This document shows, in pieces, positions 43,052-53,740 of a stretch of 64,000 bases of DNA (position 1 is the stretch's first letter; each line of letters begins with the position of its first letter). The position numbers and the translations under genes are program-made. Source of the stretch: Candidatus Bathyarchaeota archaeon (GTDB lineage: Archaea; Thermoproteota; Bathyarchaeia; Bathyarchaeales; Bathycorpusculaceae); contig CAWFFH010000003.1 in NCBI GenBank assembly GCA_963815095.1, positions 96,001-160,000 of the forward strand, given 5' to 3'. The notes under the pieces are model-generated. The model searched no databases. It worked only from the letters and a program-made list of their open reading frames with translations, and was not told where the DNA came from.

Positions 43052-43588
43052 ATGGAAGAAATAGAAGTAAAGATTTTAGAAGTAAACAGGCCAGCGCTTG
43101 AGAAAATCCTCACAAACCTTGGTGCCAAAAAAGTTTTTGATGGCGAAATTGAAACAATATTTTTAGACTCTGAAGATGGAGCAATAATTAAAAAGAGAGA
43201 TGTCCTGCGCTTGCGAAAAGAGCAAGATAAAACCGAATTAACATACAAGAAAGTCCACGTGACAGAAACGGCGAAAACCGCAGAAGAATATACTGTGAAA
43301 TTATCAAGCTTGGAAATGATGAAAACAATTTTGGAAAACTTGGGTTTTAAAGCAATTGATAGTACAAATAAGCATAGAGTTAGCTACGTTCTTGATGTCG
43401 CACGCTTTGATTTTGATTGTTACTCGGGAGACCATGGATTTATTCCCGAGTTTTTGGAAATAGAAGCCAAAACCACCGAATTGATCTACAAATATGCTGA
43501 GCTTTTAGGTTTTAAGGCAAAGGATTGCTTACCCTGGTCAACAACAGATCTAATCAAACATTATGATAACAGAAAAGTTGTCCAGTAG
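43052..43588 (+). CDS. CYTH / triphosphate tunnel metalloenzyme (CyaB-like)
   Basis: EIEVK, LRLR, LTYK, KHR, FLEIE. Confidence 0.9.
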   Translation: MEEIEVKILEVNRPALEKILTNLGAKKVFDGEIETIFLDSEDGAIIKKRDVLRLRKEQDKTELTYKKVHVTETAKTAEEYTVKLSSLEMMKTILENLGFKAIDSTNKHRVSYVLDVARFDFDCYSGDHGFIPEFLEIEAKTTELIYKYAELLGFKAKDCLPWSTTDLIKHYDNRKVVQ

Positions 43589-43626
43589 AAATTTTCGTTA
43601 TCAAGAAGAAGTAGGGGTTTGGCAAG

Positions 43627-44073
43627 TTATTTGCGGGCTGGACGAGACTTGACGACTTTTGGCGCTATTTTCGGCTTTAGTTGAGGGCTTGTTGAGGCTT
43701 TCTTTGAGATGTTCCAAAGGGGGTATTCGCCATGCTCTTTTTTGAAACTCTCCAGAAGTTCTTGTTGGGATACCTTCGGATTATCACTGGACATCCAACT
43801 TATAACTACTTTTTCTAGATATCCTTCATTTAGGAGCATTGAATTTATTTTTCGGGTTGTTTTTCCTCCATATCCTGCAAGGTATCCGCCAAATACTCTT
43901 TTAGATGGCTTCTTTGATTTGCCAATGTAGAGGATACCAGAATTTGGTTTGCCAGTTAGTGCTGAGTCAGCTAAAATCAAAACGCTGCTTTCGCTGGGCA
44001 GGGTTGAAAAGGAAATTCCTTTAAGTGGAACAAAATCGGCGAAGCCGCTTTCTTTAAGAGACAAAGAATTCAT
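43627..44073 (-). CDS. GIY-YIG-like protein
   Basis: ILYIGKS..R, late acidic helix and terminal P.WN. Confidence 0.55.
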   Translation of the reverse strand: MNSLSLKESGFADFVPLKGISFSTLPSESSVLILADSALTGKPNSGILYIGKSKKPSKRVFGGYLAGYGGKTTRKINSMLLNEGYLEKVVISWMSSDNPKVSQQELLESFKKEHGEYPLWNISKKASTSPQLKPKIAPKVVKSRPARK

Positions 44074-44419
44074 ATTCTTTAGTAGAGAGCGAGCGAGATT
44101 TAACCTTTCCTATATAAACTATTTATGGATATATATTCTATTTTCAGAGCCCTTAATGATAACCTCCCACTTTTTGAAGGCAGGTGTGCCTGGAATGAAC
44201 AAAAAAGCTCCGCTTTTCGAATATGAAACATTTATAGTTCGCCGACCAAAATGCGCAGAAACCCACGCTTCGTTAAGGAAGCAAGAACGCTGATTTCACA
44301 AACGACTTCATCGGCGAATATTTTCTTATTATGTTTCCTTTATAAAATGCAATAGTTATTACTTCTTAACTGAGACAGAAAATCACAATGCTTACGATAA
44401 AACCAGTTGGTAAAGAGTT

Positions 44420-46555
44420 TTGTTAGCTCCAAAAAATCTTGATTCAGATTCAAACGCTGCCTTAACCCAGAAAAAAATACTAGATAATCCAAGCTTTTAT
44501 ATCAATAGAGAACTTAGCTGGATAAGATTTAACGCCCGCGTCCTTGAGGAAGCAGGTGACCTGTGGCATCCCCTGCTGGAGAGGGTTAAATTCATTGCTA
44601 TCTGCGGCAGTAACCTTGACGAGTTCTTTATGACACGTGTAGCTCGACTTGTTAAAAAAGTCAAATCAGGATCAGAAGACAAATCGATGGATGGAATGAG
44701 TTTCATTGAACAAATCCAAGCCACACGTAAAGAAATAATTCCACTTATTGAAAATCATTCAAAGTGCTGGAAAGACGAAATTATCCCTGCTCTGTCCAAA
44801 GAAGAAATTTATGTTAGCAGCTTTGAACAGTTATCAGAAAAAGAAAAGGAAAACTTGAGAGAATTCTTCGAGACAGCTATTGCTCCATCAATTAGGATTC
44901 CTAAAGTGGGCTTTGACAGTGTTTCAATTGAGAACCTGCACATAACCCTCTACATTTCAGGTTTTCATAATCAGTTCTCAAACTTTTGCATCTTGCTAGA
45001 TGTTCCTACCGAAAAATTTGGAAGACTAATAAGTATTCCACAAAGGCAAATCTTGGAAACCAAAGAAAGCAAAGCGCACCATTTTGTACTATTGGAAGAT
45101 TTAATCATAAATAATCTAAAAGTGATTTTTCCAACAGAAAAAAACCTGACCGCATATCCATTTAGGTTAACCCGTAATGGAGAAATAGATATCCTGATGG
45201 ATGAATCTGCGGACTTTCTTAATACTGTACAGAAAAGTCTCTCGACTCGAAAAGCCGGTTTTCCGACAAGACTTGAATTTGACAAAAAAACGCCAATTCA
45301 ATTTAGGGAATTGATAGCTAAAAAACTTGGTTTGCCTGAATATTTGATTTATGAGTTTGATGGACCCCTCGGGCTTGTTGACCTTTGGCAATTGCTCAAA
45401 ATAGATCGCCCAGACATCAAAGACAAAAGCTTCTTTCCATGCATTTCCCCATTAATGATATCAAAAAACAACATTTTTGAGACTATAGCTAAACAGGACT
45501 TTGTCCTCTATCATCCCTATGACGGCTTTGACGTAATAATTGACCTATTAAGAGAAGGAGCTATTGACGATGATGTATCGGAAATCTGCATAACAATGTA
45601 CCGAATGGATCATAAATCACCTATTGTAGATGCATTGATTGAAGCTGCCCGGAATGGCAAAAAAGTCACTGCCATAGTTGAATTAAAAGCTAAGTTTGAT
45701 GAAGAAAACAACATCCTTCTGGTCTCTAAACTTCAAAGCGGCGGCGTAAACACCGTTTACAACTTCCCAAATTTCAAGGTACATGCAAAACTGTGTCTAA
45801 TAAATAGAAAAGAAAAAAATGCTGTAGTCAGATACTCTCACATTGGCTCGGGAAACTATAATGCAGTTACGGCGAAAATCTATGGCGACATAGGCTACCT
45901 TACAGCAAACCCTGAAGTAGGGTTGGAACTTGAAGACCTATTCAGTGCAATAATAAATGGGCTTCAAGAAAAAGAAACTAAACATCTGCTAGTAGCTCCA
46001 AAAACGTTGAAGAGCGAAATTCTTAGGCGAGTAGATAAAGAAATAAGCTTTCACCAGAAAACAGGACGAGGCTATTTAGCGTTTAAACTAAACAACTTGG
46101 AAGAGAAGGGAATCATTCAAGCCCTTTATAAAGCGTCTATGGCAGGAATCAAGATCGACCTCAATGTTCGAGGCTTATGTTGTTTAAGACCTGGAATTGA
46201 AGGAGTAAGCGAAAACATTTCAGTTATTTCTATAGTGGGACGATTCCTTGAGCATGCCCGAATCTACTACTTCCGTGATGATACTGAAGATGAAGTGCTA
46301 ATTGGCAGTTCAGATATGATGTTTAGAAACCTCAATGAAAGAATCGAAGTCCTCTTATCCGTACCCGACCCCTACCTGCGACAAACTATCCTCGATGACA
46401 TGCTTAAAATTCATCTTAGAGACAACGTCAAAGCAAGACGTCTACTTCTAGATGGAACCTATGAAAGAGTCAAAGTAAGAGAAGGAGAAGAAGTCATCAA
46501 TTCTCAAGCTTGGCTAATTGAGAACAGAGGCATCTGGAATGAACGGCCCCATTAA
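44420..46555 (+). CDS. ppk1: Polyphosphate kinase 1
   Basis: NRELSW..FN.RVL, NLDEFF, HPY, KVHAK, GNYN, GRFLEH. Confidence 0.96.
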   Translation: MLAPKNLDSDSNAALTQKKILDNPSFYINRELSWIRFNARVLEEAGDLWHPLLERVKFIAICGSNLDEFFMTRVARLVKKVKSGSEDKSMDGMSFIEQIQATRKEIIPLIENHSKCWKDEIIPALSKEEIYVSSFEQLSEKEKENLREFFETAIAPSIRIPKVGFDSVSIENLHITLYISGFHNQFSNFCILLDVPTEKFGRLISIPQRQILETKESKAHHFVLLEDLIINNLKVIFPTEKNLTAYPFRLTRNGEIDILMDESADFLNTVQKSLSTRKAGFPTRLEFDKKTPIQFRELIAKKLGLPEYLIYEFDGPLGLVDLWQLLKIDRPDIKDKSFFPCISPLMISKNNIFETIAKQDFVLYHPYDGFDVIIDLLREGAIDDDVSEICITMYRMDHKSPIVDALIEAARNGKKVTAIVELKAKFDEENNILLVSKLQSGGVNTVYNFPNFKVHAKLCLINRKEKNAVVRYSHIGSGNYNAVTAKIYGDIGYLTANPEVGLELEDLFSAIINGLQEKETKHLLVAPKTLKSEILRRVDKEISFHQKTGRGYLAFKLNNLEEKGIIQALYKASMAGIKIDLNVRGLCCLRPGIEGVSENISVISIVGRFLEHARIYYFRDDTEDEVLIGSSDMMFRNLNERIEVLLSVPDPYLRQTILDDMLKIHLRDNVKARRLLLDGTYERVKVREGEEVINSQAWLIENRGIWNERPH

Positions 46556-48896
46556 AGCTCAAACATGCCAAAGCAACTGGAGTTACTGCAAATTTGGGTC
46601 CGAAGCGCTTACAAAACTTCTCAATGTTTTCGAAGACCAGATCGGTGGAGTAATAAAAAACGACGATATCGAATATGTCCATAAAACTCGCGTCACCTCT
46701 CGAAGACTCAGAGCTACCATGCCTCTTTTTAGGGAATGCTTCCGTAAAAAAGATTTCGAAAGATGGTTGTGCGAAATAAAGAAAGTCACACGTTTGCTTG
46801 GCGATGCCAGAGACTTGGATGTGCAGATAGTCTTTGTTGAGAAGTATATGCAAAAATTGGAGTTAGACGCTGAAAGAACTGGTATTGAGAGTCTGGTTAA
46901 GAGTCATAAAGATCAAAGGAGAAGCATCCAACCGTCCATTGTCAGTGGATTGGAGCAGCTGAAGGAAAGCGATATTTTAGGAGATATGCAAAAATTTTGT
47001 GAACAATCAATTGAGGAACAATCAAATGAGTTGTTTGATCCCAAAAAGGTACTGGAAAAAGCCCGTTGGCATATTTCTTTTAGAATTGACGATTTTTTAG
47101 CGCTAGAAAACTATGTTCACTTAGAAAATGAATTTCTAAAACACCACCAAATGAGAATATATGCAAAAAAACTGCGCTATACCATGGAATCCTTTGCCTC
47201 ACTATATCAAAACAAACTCTTTCAAGAAATAGAAACCATCAAAACTTTTCAAGATATCCTTGGCGAAATGCATGACTGCGACATATGGTCGGAATACATC
47301 CCAAAATTTATGAAAGAAACCAAGGCCAAAATTAATCCAAAAGGTAAAAGAAAAGCGATCACTTTAGTGGAACAGTCCCTTTTGAACTTTCTCACTTTTG
47401 TTAAAGAAAAAAGAAAAGAAGATTATGGCCAATTTGTCCGGTTTTGGGATGAAAACAAGAACAACGGTTTTTTTGTTAAACTCAGAAAATCGGTCAATGC
47501 AGAATTGGCGGCAAAAGATGAAGAACTAATAAAACGGGTCCTTGCAAATCCCAATGTAAAAATTGCTGTTTTGTCGGATGTTCACGCTAATCTGCAAGCT
47601 TTAGAAGAAGTTATTCAAGATGCAGAAGAACGGGAAGTAGACGTCTTTCTCAATGCAGGCGACTCAGTTGGTTTTGGCGCTTGCCCAAATGAAGTTGTGG
47701 AGTTGTTAAGTGAGAAAAGCGCGTTAAGCATTTTGGGAAACTATGACCTTGAGGTTATTGAGGGAAAAGCCAAAGCTAAAGGCGAAAAAAACCTTGCTTT
47801 GAACTTTGCTAGAAAAGAGTTGGCTAAATCTTGTGAAAACTACCTCTATTCTTTACCGCGTGAACTCCGTCTTGAAGTTGCGGGCAAAAAAGTACTTGTG
47901 ACACATGGCAGTCCCGAATCTATTGAGGAACATATTTACAATGACACACCAGTTGAGCGACTGAAAACTCTTGCTTACATCGCTAAGGCAGACGTGATAA
48001 TTGTTGGGCACTCTCATGAACAATTATGGCGAAAGGTAAACAAATCTTGCTTTATCAACCCTGGAAGCGTGGGAAGACCAGGCGATGGAACCCCCAAGGC
48101 GGCGTACGCAATTTTAAGTTTTAACCCAGTCAAAGTTGAGTTAGTTCGCTTAGATTACGATGTTAAAGGCGCCGCAGACGCAATTAGGAAAAAGGGTTTG
48201 CCTGAAAGTTTTGCTCAGATGCTTCTTCGCGGGGTATCTCTTGATACAATCCTCAAAGAGGATAAAACTAGAGAAAGTCTAATGATTCAGAACTGCAAGG
48301 AAACAGCTAAGGTAGTGAAAGAGATTTCGGGAAAGTATTGGCCTGAATCCGATCATTTTATTCAAGTCCGTAAATTGGCGTTAGGGCTCTTCGACGGGTT
48401 AATCAAATGGCATCATTTGAGTATGCGTGAACGATGCTGGCTCGAATGCGCCGCAATTTTGCATGATATTGGCTTGTCAAAATCCAGAAAAGGTCACCAC
48501 AAAAAATCAGCCAAACTTATCTTGAACGATAATCAATTTCCTTTCACTTCTCAAGAAAGACGAATAATAGCAAACATCGCCCGATACCACCGCAAGGCTT
48601 TCCCCAAACAAAACGACCATAACCTTGCAACACTAAACCGAGAAACACTCAATAAACTAAAAATTCTGGCAAGCCTTCTCCGAGTAGCAGATAGTCTAGA
48701 TTATACGCATCAGACAATTGTTGAATCATTAAAAGTTAAGGTAGATATTAAGAGAATTATTGTTGAATGTGTTTCCAAAACGAACCCCAAGTTGGAAGAG
48801 CAGGCTTTTAATAAGAAGAAGGATTTGTTTGAAAAGGTCTTCGCTAAGAAAATGGTGCTGATATGGAAGCAACCGTCAAAACCGCTGGACATGTAG
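46539..48896 (+). CDS. CHAD - metallophosphoesterase - HD domain fusion
   Basis: CHAD (VHKTRV..RRLR, RDLDV, HQMRI..KKLRY, LGEMHD); MPE (DVHAN, GD, GNYD, THGSP, GHSH); HD (LHDIG, ARYHR, AD.LD). Confidence 0.88.
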   Translation: MNGPIKAQTCQSNWSYCKFGSEALTKLLNVFEDQIGGVIKNDDIEYVHKTRVTSRRLRATMPLFRECFRKKDFERWLCEIKKVTRLLGDARDLDVQIVFVEKYMQKLELDAERTGIESLVKSHKDQRRSIQPSIVSGLEQLKESDILGDMQKFCEQSIEEQSNELFDPKKVLEKARWHISFRIDDFLALENYVHLENEFLKHHQMRIYAKKLRYTMESFASLYQNKLFQEIETIKTFQDILGEMHDCDIWSEYIPKFMKETKAKINPKGKRKAITLVEQSLLNFLTFVKEKRKEDYGQFVRFWDENKNNGFFVKLRKSVNAELAAKDEELIKRVLANPNVKIAVLSDVHANLQALEEVIQDAEEREVDVFLNAGDSVGFGACPNEVVELLSEKSALSILGNYDLEVIEGKAKAKGEKNLALNFARKELAKSCENYLYSLPRELRLEVAGKKVLVTHGSPESIEEHIYNDTPVERLKTLAYIAKADVIIVGHSHEQLWRKVNKSCFINPGSVGRPGDGTPKAAYAILSFNPVKVELVRLDYDVKGAADAIRKKGLPESFAQMLLRGVSLDTILKEDKTRESLMIQNCKETAKVVKEISGKYWPESDHFIQVRKLALGLFDGLIKWHHLSMRERCWLECAAILHDIGLSKSRKGHHKKSAKLILNDNQFPFTSQERRIIANIARYHRKAFPKQNDHNLATLNRETLNKLKILASLLRVADSLDYTHQTIVESLKVKVDIKRIIVECVSKTNPKLEEQAFNKKKDLFEKVFAKKMVLIWKQPSKPLDM

Positions 48897-50449
48897 TTGG
48901 GTTTGTAGACATTGGAACAAACGCAATACGTTTACTAGTGGTAAGGATAAACTCCAATTTCTCCTACACCATCATCAGCCAAGAAAAAGAGGTTGTTAGG
49001 CTCGGCGAAGATGAATTCAAGGATAATATACTTAAACCTCAAGCAATGGAAAGAGCTATTTTTGTGTGTGGAAAATTTGCTAACCTAGCCAAAACCTATG
49101 GTGCTTCTGAAATAATAGCAGTCGGAACCTCGGCAATTCGAGAGGCCCAAAACCAATGCGAGTTCCTTCAAAATCTCCATGACAAAACGGGGCTCAATGT
49201 TAATGTCATTACAGGTCAAGAGGAAGCGCGCCTGATTTGCGTGGGCGTGTCAAGTGGAATAGATATTGGAGAAGAAAAAGCTATTTTCATAGATTTTGGT
49301 GGAGGCAGCACCGAAATCGCCGTCGGCAATCAGCATGAATGCTTCTCTGTAGACAGTCTAAGACTGGGAGCAATTAGATTAACAGCTCAGTTTATTGGCG
49401 AAGGATGGATTGGACCAGTTGAAAACAATGTTTACAAGCAGATAAAACAATACGCGTGCATCAAAGTTCATCCGTTAAAAGCGAAAATCCGAGAGTCCGG
49501 CGCCAGACGAGCATGGGGTTCATCGGGCACAATTATTAACTTGGCAGAAATCTCAAACAAACTTTTCAAGAAAAACGTTAATGGAGCCGGTCTCACCCTT
49601 TCAAGGAAGAACTTGAAAAAGTTGGCACCGATTCTTTGCTCTCTATCCCTTGAAGAAAGAAAAAAGCTACCTGCCGCCAACCCTGATCGAGCCGACATTA
49701 TAATTGCCGGAGCAGCAACGATTGAAGCAATCATGGAAGAGCTAGGCTTGGAGGAAATCAAGGTCAGTCACAGAGAACTACGGGATGGACTGCTTGTTGA
49801 GTACTTGTCGAATTTTGAAGGTTTTCGGGAATTGCAAAAAACGCCTATGAGAAACAGGAGCATTTTGCATTTAGGGAGGTCTTGCAACTTTGATGAAAAG
49901 CATTCGGAAACAGTGGCTTCTTTGGCATTGCAGCTTTTTGATAGCGCAAAGCTGGTTGGGCTACATAACTTGGGCGAATCAGAAAAAGAACTCCTAAAGT
50001 ATGCTTCCACTTTGCATGATGTGGGCGATTTTCTCTCATTTAATGACCATCAACTTCATTCTTCTTATATCATCAGTAACGCTGAACTCCTTGGCTTTGA
50101 TAAAAAGGAAATTCAAATAATGGCCAGTATTGCGCGTTTTCATAGAAAAAAGTTGCCAACTAAAAAAGCTTTGAAACCCTTGGGGTTGGACGAAAGGACC
50201 AATCATGCGATTGCAGTTCTTTCTACATTTCTTCGATTCGCTGAAAAACTTGACCGGAGCCACTCTTGCCTTGTGAAAAAAGCGGAGTTCAGCAAAGTCA
50301 ACAAAGACCAAGTGTTACTCTCATTTTACTCAGACTCAGACTGTAGCTTAGAAGAATGGAGCGTCATTCAAAACCGACAAGCATTCTATGAAGCCTTCGG
50401 AAAAGAGTTAGATGCCCAATGCATAGTTACGCCTGCACTTAATCAATAG
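48863..50449 (+). CDS. ppx: Exopolyphosphatase Ppx/GppA with HD domain
   Basis: DIGTN, TSAIREA, EEA, DFGGGSTE, RAD, LHDVG. Confidence 0.95.
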   Translation: MEATVKTAGHVVGFVDIGTNAIRLLVVRINSNFSYTIISQEKEVVRLGEDEFKDNILKPQAMERAIFVCGKFANLAKTYGASEIIAVGTSAIREAQNQCEFLQNLHDKTGLNVNVITGQEEARLICVGVSSGIDIGEEKAIFIDFGGGSTEIAVGNQHECFSVDSLRLGAIRLTAQFIGEGWIGPVENNVYKQIKQYACIKVHPLKAKIRESGARRAWGSSGTIINLAEISNKLFKKNVNGAGLTLSRKNLKKLAPILCSLSLEERKKLPAANPDRADIIIAGAATIEAIMEELGLEEIKVSHRELRDGLLVEYLSNFEGFRELQKTPMRNRSILHLGRSCNFDEKHSETVASLALQLFDSAKLVGLHNLGESEKELLKYASTLHDVGDFLSFNDHQLHSSYIISNAELLGFDKKEIQIMASIARFHRKKLPTKKALKPLGLDERTNHAIAVLSTFLRFAEKLDRSHSCLVKKAEFSKVNKDQVLLSFYSDSDCSLEEWSVIQNRQAFYEAFGKELDAQCIVTPALNQ

Positions 50450-50462
50450 CATCCGAAAGAGG

Positions 50463-51365
50463 TCATTCTTTTTGCAGTTCAGCCTTCGCCTTTTTGAATG
50501 CCACAGATTGCTCTTTACTTAACACAGGATATTTCAGATCCAACTTTTTAATTTGCGAGAGTATGATTTCCGAAATTGATGCGTGGGTAACCCATTTTTT
50601 GTCTGCAGGTATAACATACCATGGTGCCCATTCAGTGCTTGTTTTGTTAAGCATCTCTTCGTAGGCTTCCATATAGTCAGCCCATTTTGACCGCTCCGAA
50701 AGGTCAGTAAGCGAAAACTTCCATTCTTTATCTGAATTTTCGAGGCGCTTAAGCAAACGCTGCTTTTGTGCCTCTTTAGAGACATTAAGGAAAAATTTCA
50801 GAACTACTGTACCATTCCGAACCAGATGACGTTCAAACAGGTTTATATCCTCATACCGTTGATTCCAGAAAAGCTTCCCTTCCTCACCAGGAGGCAACTT
50901 CTGTTTTTCAAGGACTTCTGGTCTAACTTTAACTATCAACACGTCTTCGTAATAGGAACGATTAAAAATTCCTATGTGTCCCCTTTCTGGAAGAGCTTTT
51001 TCGTGACGCCACAAGAAATCGTGGTTTAATTCCTCTTCAGTCGGTGTTTTGAAGCCTATAACTTGGCAGCCTTGCGGGTTAATGCCTGACATTACATGGC
51101 TGATTGTGCTGTCTTTGCCTGCTGCATCCATCCCTTGAAGAATGATTAACATTGAGTAAGTGTTGCTTGCCCAAAAAAGTTCCTGCATTTGAACCAATTG
51201 TTTTCTGTTGGTTTCAAGGGTAGCCTGAGCTTGTTCTTTGACGCCTTTTTTTCCTTCTTTTTCTTCTTGTTTCTTAGCCCATTTTGGAACCCAGCTTGAA
51301 TCATAAGATTTCAAACTGACCGTTTTTCCGGCTGGAACCTTGAAGTTTTCCGCATTAATCGACAT
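50463..51365 (-). CDS. ppk2: Polyphosphate kinase 2 family (class III-like)
   Basis: QGMDAAGKD, HDFLWR, FNRSYYEDVL, PWYVIPAD.KW. Confidence 0.93.
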   Translation of the reverse strand: MSINAENFKVPAGKTVSLKSYDSSWVPKWAKKQEEKEGKKGVKEQAQATLETNRKQLVQMQELFWASNTYSMLIILQGMDAAGKDSTISHVMSGINPQGCQVIGFKTPTEEELNHDFLWRHEKALPERGHIGIFNRSYYEDVLIVKVRPEVLEKQKLPPGEEGKLFWNQRYEDINLFERHLVRNGTVVLKFFLNVSKEAQKQRLLKRLENSDKEWKFSLTDLSERSKWADYMEAYEEMLNKTSTEWAPWYVIPADKKWVTHASISEIILSQIKKLDLKYPVLSKEQSVAFKKAKAELQKE

Positions 51366-51459
51366 TCAAAACCTTCTCAAAGAGATTAAGTTATGGCGAT
51401 TAATATTAGCTGTGGCTAGGAAAAAGGGCTCAACTCTATAGTGTGGAAAGTCTTGATGA

Positions 51460-52104
51460 TTAGCCTAAGTTTACTTTTTCACCTGTCACTATGTACATAA
51501 TTGATTCACAAATGTAGACTGCGTGGTCAGCAATACGCTCTAAATACCTAGTCATCAAAGCGCTCGAAATTAAGCATTTACTGTTTGCTTGCTCTGTATT
51601 GATTAGTTTGTGGAGATAGTCGAAATACATTTTGTCAACTTCGCGTTCGGTTTGAGAAATGGTTTTGGCAAGGATTATATCTTGTTTTTTGAGTGAGTTG
51701 ACACTTGTTCTGACCATTGAGAGAACTTTTTCACTCATTTCGTTGACATAGTCTTTTGTCCAGGATTCGCATTGGTTTAAACCTACTAGCTGGTCGTTGA
51801 TGAATGAAATATCGAAGGCATATCTGCCGTATCGTGCAAAGTCATTGCCTATTTTCATGTAGGACTTTATTGTTCTAAGGTCAGTGGCGACGGGTTGGAA
51901 ACGAGCAATTAACTGGAAGGTTTCATCTTCAACTTTGTCAGCCATCGAAACCAGAATGTCAGACATTTCTCTGACTTGTTCTTGAACACCTTTGCCTTCG
52001 AGGTAACCATGAATTGAAAGGGCAAGGGTATCGTAGGTTAACTCGCCCATCCTAACGATTAGGACTGATTGTTCTTCTAATCCGCGGTCAATTATTCTGC
52101 TCAT
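51460..52104 (-). CDS. phoU: Phosphate signalling protein PhoU
   Basis: QPVATDLR, LERIADH. Confidence 0.9.
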   Translation of the reverse strand: MSRIIDRGLEEQSVLIVRMGELTYDTLALSIHGYLEGKGVQEQVREMSDILVSMADKVEDETFQLIARFQPVATDLRTIKSYMKIGNDFARYGRYAFDISFINDQLVGLNQCESWTKDYVNEMSEKVLSMVRTSVNSLKKQDIILAKTISQTEREVDKMYFDYLHKLINTEQANSKCLISSALMTRYLERIADHAVYICESIMYIVTGEKVNLG

Positions 52105-52115
52105 AATGTATTCTC

Positions 52116-52913
52116 CTATCCGAATTCTCCTGTTATGTATTTTTCCGTTAATGGATTTTTGGGAGATTCAAAAATATCACGGGTTGGCGCAAACTCGATT
52201 AACGATCCAAGATACATGAAAGCCGTGTAATCTGACACTCGGGACGCTTGCTGCATGTTATGAGTTACAATAACAACTGTGTAATCACGTTTAAGCTCAA
52301 CCACTAACCGCTCAATCTTAGCAGTCGCAATCGGATCCAAAGCCGAGCATGGCTCATCCATCAATATAACTTCAGGCTCCAACGCGATAGCCCTCGCAAT
52401 ACATAACCGCTGCTGTTGACCACCAGAAATGCTTGTGCCAGGCTTCTTCAAGTCATCTTTGACTTCATCCCAAAGCGTCGCCCGCTCCAAACTTCTCCTG
52501 ACTACTTCGTCAAGGTTCTTGCCTTTCTTAGTACCAGTCAGCTTTAAGCCAGCGGCGACGTTGTCGTAGATGGACATCGTTGGGAAGGGGTTGGGTTTTT
52601 GGAAAACCATGCCGACTCTTCGGCGCACCTGCACGGGGTCAACTTGTTTGTCGTAGATGTTTTGGCCATCCAGCAGTATTTGCCCTGTCATTTTAGCGGT
52701 TGGTGTAAGTTCGTGCATTCGGTTTAGGCAGCGGATGAATGTGGATTTGCCGCATCCGGAGGGTCCAATTATGGCTGTTACAGCGTTGGCTTTGATGTTG
52801 ATGTTAACGTTTTTTAATGCTTGTTTTGCGCCAAACCAGGCGTTCAAGTCTATACTCTGCATTTTCATTTCTGCGTCAGCAGCTTTTGTTTGAGTACTAT
52901 TTGTTGTTGTCAT
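52116..52913 (-). CDS. pstB: Phosphate ABC transporter ATPase
   Basis: [38 protein letters not shown]. Confidence 0.97.
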   Translation of the reverse strand: MTTTNSTQTKAADAEMKMQSIDLNAWFGAKQALKNVNINIKANAVTAIIGPSGCGKSTFIRCLNRMHELTPTAKMTGQILLDGQNIYDKQVDPVQVRRRVGMVFQKPNPFPTMSIYDNVAAGLKLTGTKKGKNLDEVVRRSLERATLWDEVKDDLKKPGTSISGGQQQRLCIARAIALEPEVILMDEPCSALDPIATAKIERLVVELKRDYTVVIVTHNMQQASRVSDYTAFMYLGSLIEFAPTRDIFESPKNPLTEKYITGEFG

Positions 52914-53740
52914 CTTTTGTTTCTACCTCTGGTTGCTAATCTAACTATGATGTTTAGGCTCAGCACCATCAAAATCAGGACTAATGCTGCTCCCCAACCC
53001 TGGGCCACCAAACTGGCTTGTGGTTGGAGGGAGTCGCGCCAGATTTCAAGGGGCAAAGCTGCCATCGGTTGGTTTAAGCCTTGGAAGAAATATCGGTTTC
53101 CCAATATGGTCATGATTAAGGGTGCGGTTTCTCCTGCGATTCGCGCAACAGCGAGGAGCGTGCCTGTTAATAATCCTGCTTTGGCTGTGGGCAAAACAAC
53201 GCTAAGGGTGGTTCGCCACTTGTGCGCTCCAAGAGCAAGAGATGCTTCGCGGACGCTGTTGGGTACGAGTTTCAGCGATTCTTCGGTTGTTCGGGCTACG
53301 ATTGGGATTAGGATGAATGAGAGAGCTATAGCTCCGGCAATAGCCGAGTAGTGCCCGATGAGGGCAATGACTATTACGCCGTAAGCAGTGATTCCCACCA
53401 CGATAGATGGAAACTCTGTTAAAACGTCGTTGATTGAACGCATTACGGAAGCGTACTTGTTGTTACCAAACTCAGCCAAGTAAATGCCCGATAGTATTCC
53501 AACCGGGATGCCGAAGAGACTTGTTAAACCAATCAATATGAGCGTACCCTGAATGGCTGGTCCAATACCGCGTTCAGAATTGCTGTTGACCAAAAATCCA
53601 ATACTAAGCTGAGGCGCACCCCTTACGATAACCTCCCATAGAATACTTAGGAGCGGAGTAACCGCCAAAACAACGCAGACAGCGCACAAAACGAAGAACA
53701 AGCGGTTCTTAAATTTTCTAAAGGCATAATTGGAGATTAT
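52910..53740 (-). CDS. pstA: Phosphate ABC transporter permease; start uncertain (ATA 53740 or TTG 53701)
   Basis: [24 protein letters not shown]. Confidence 0.93.
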   Translation of the reverse strand: MISNYAFRKFKNRLFFVLCAVCVVLAVTPLLSILWEVIVRGAPQLSIGFLVNSNSERGIGPAIQGTLILIGLTSLFGIPVGILSGIYLAEFGNNKYASVMRSINDVLTEFPSIVVGITAYGVIVIALIGHYSAIAGAIALSFILIPIVARTTEESLKLVPNSVREASLALGAHKWRTTLSVVLPTAKAGLLTGTLLAVARIAGETAPLIMTILGNRYFFQGLNQPMAALPLEIWRDSLQPQASLVAQGWGAALVLILMVLSLNIIVRLATRGRNKR

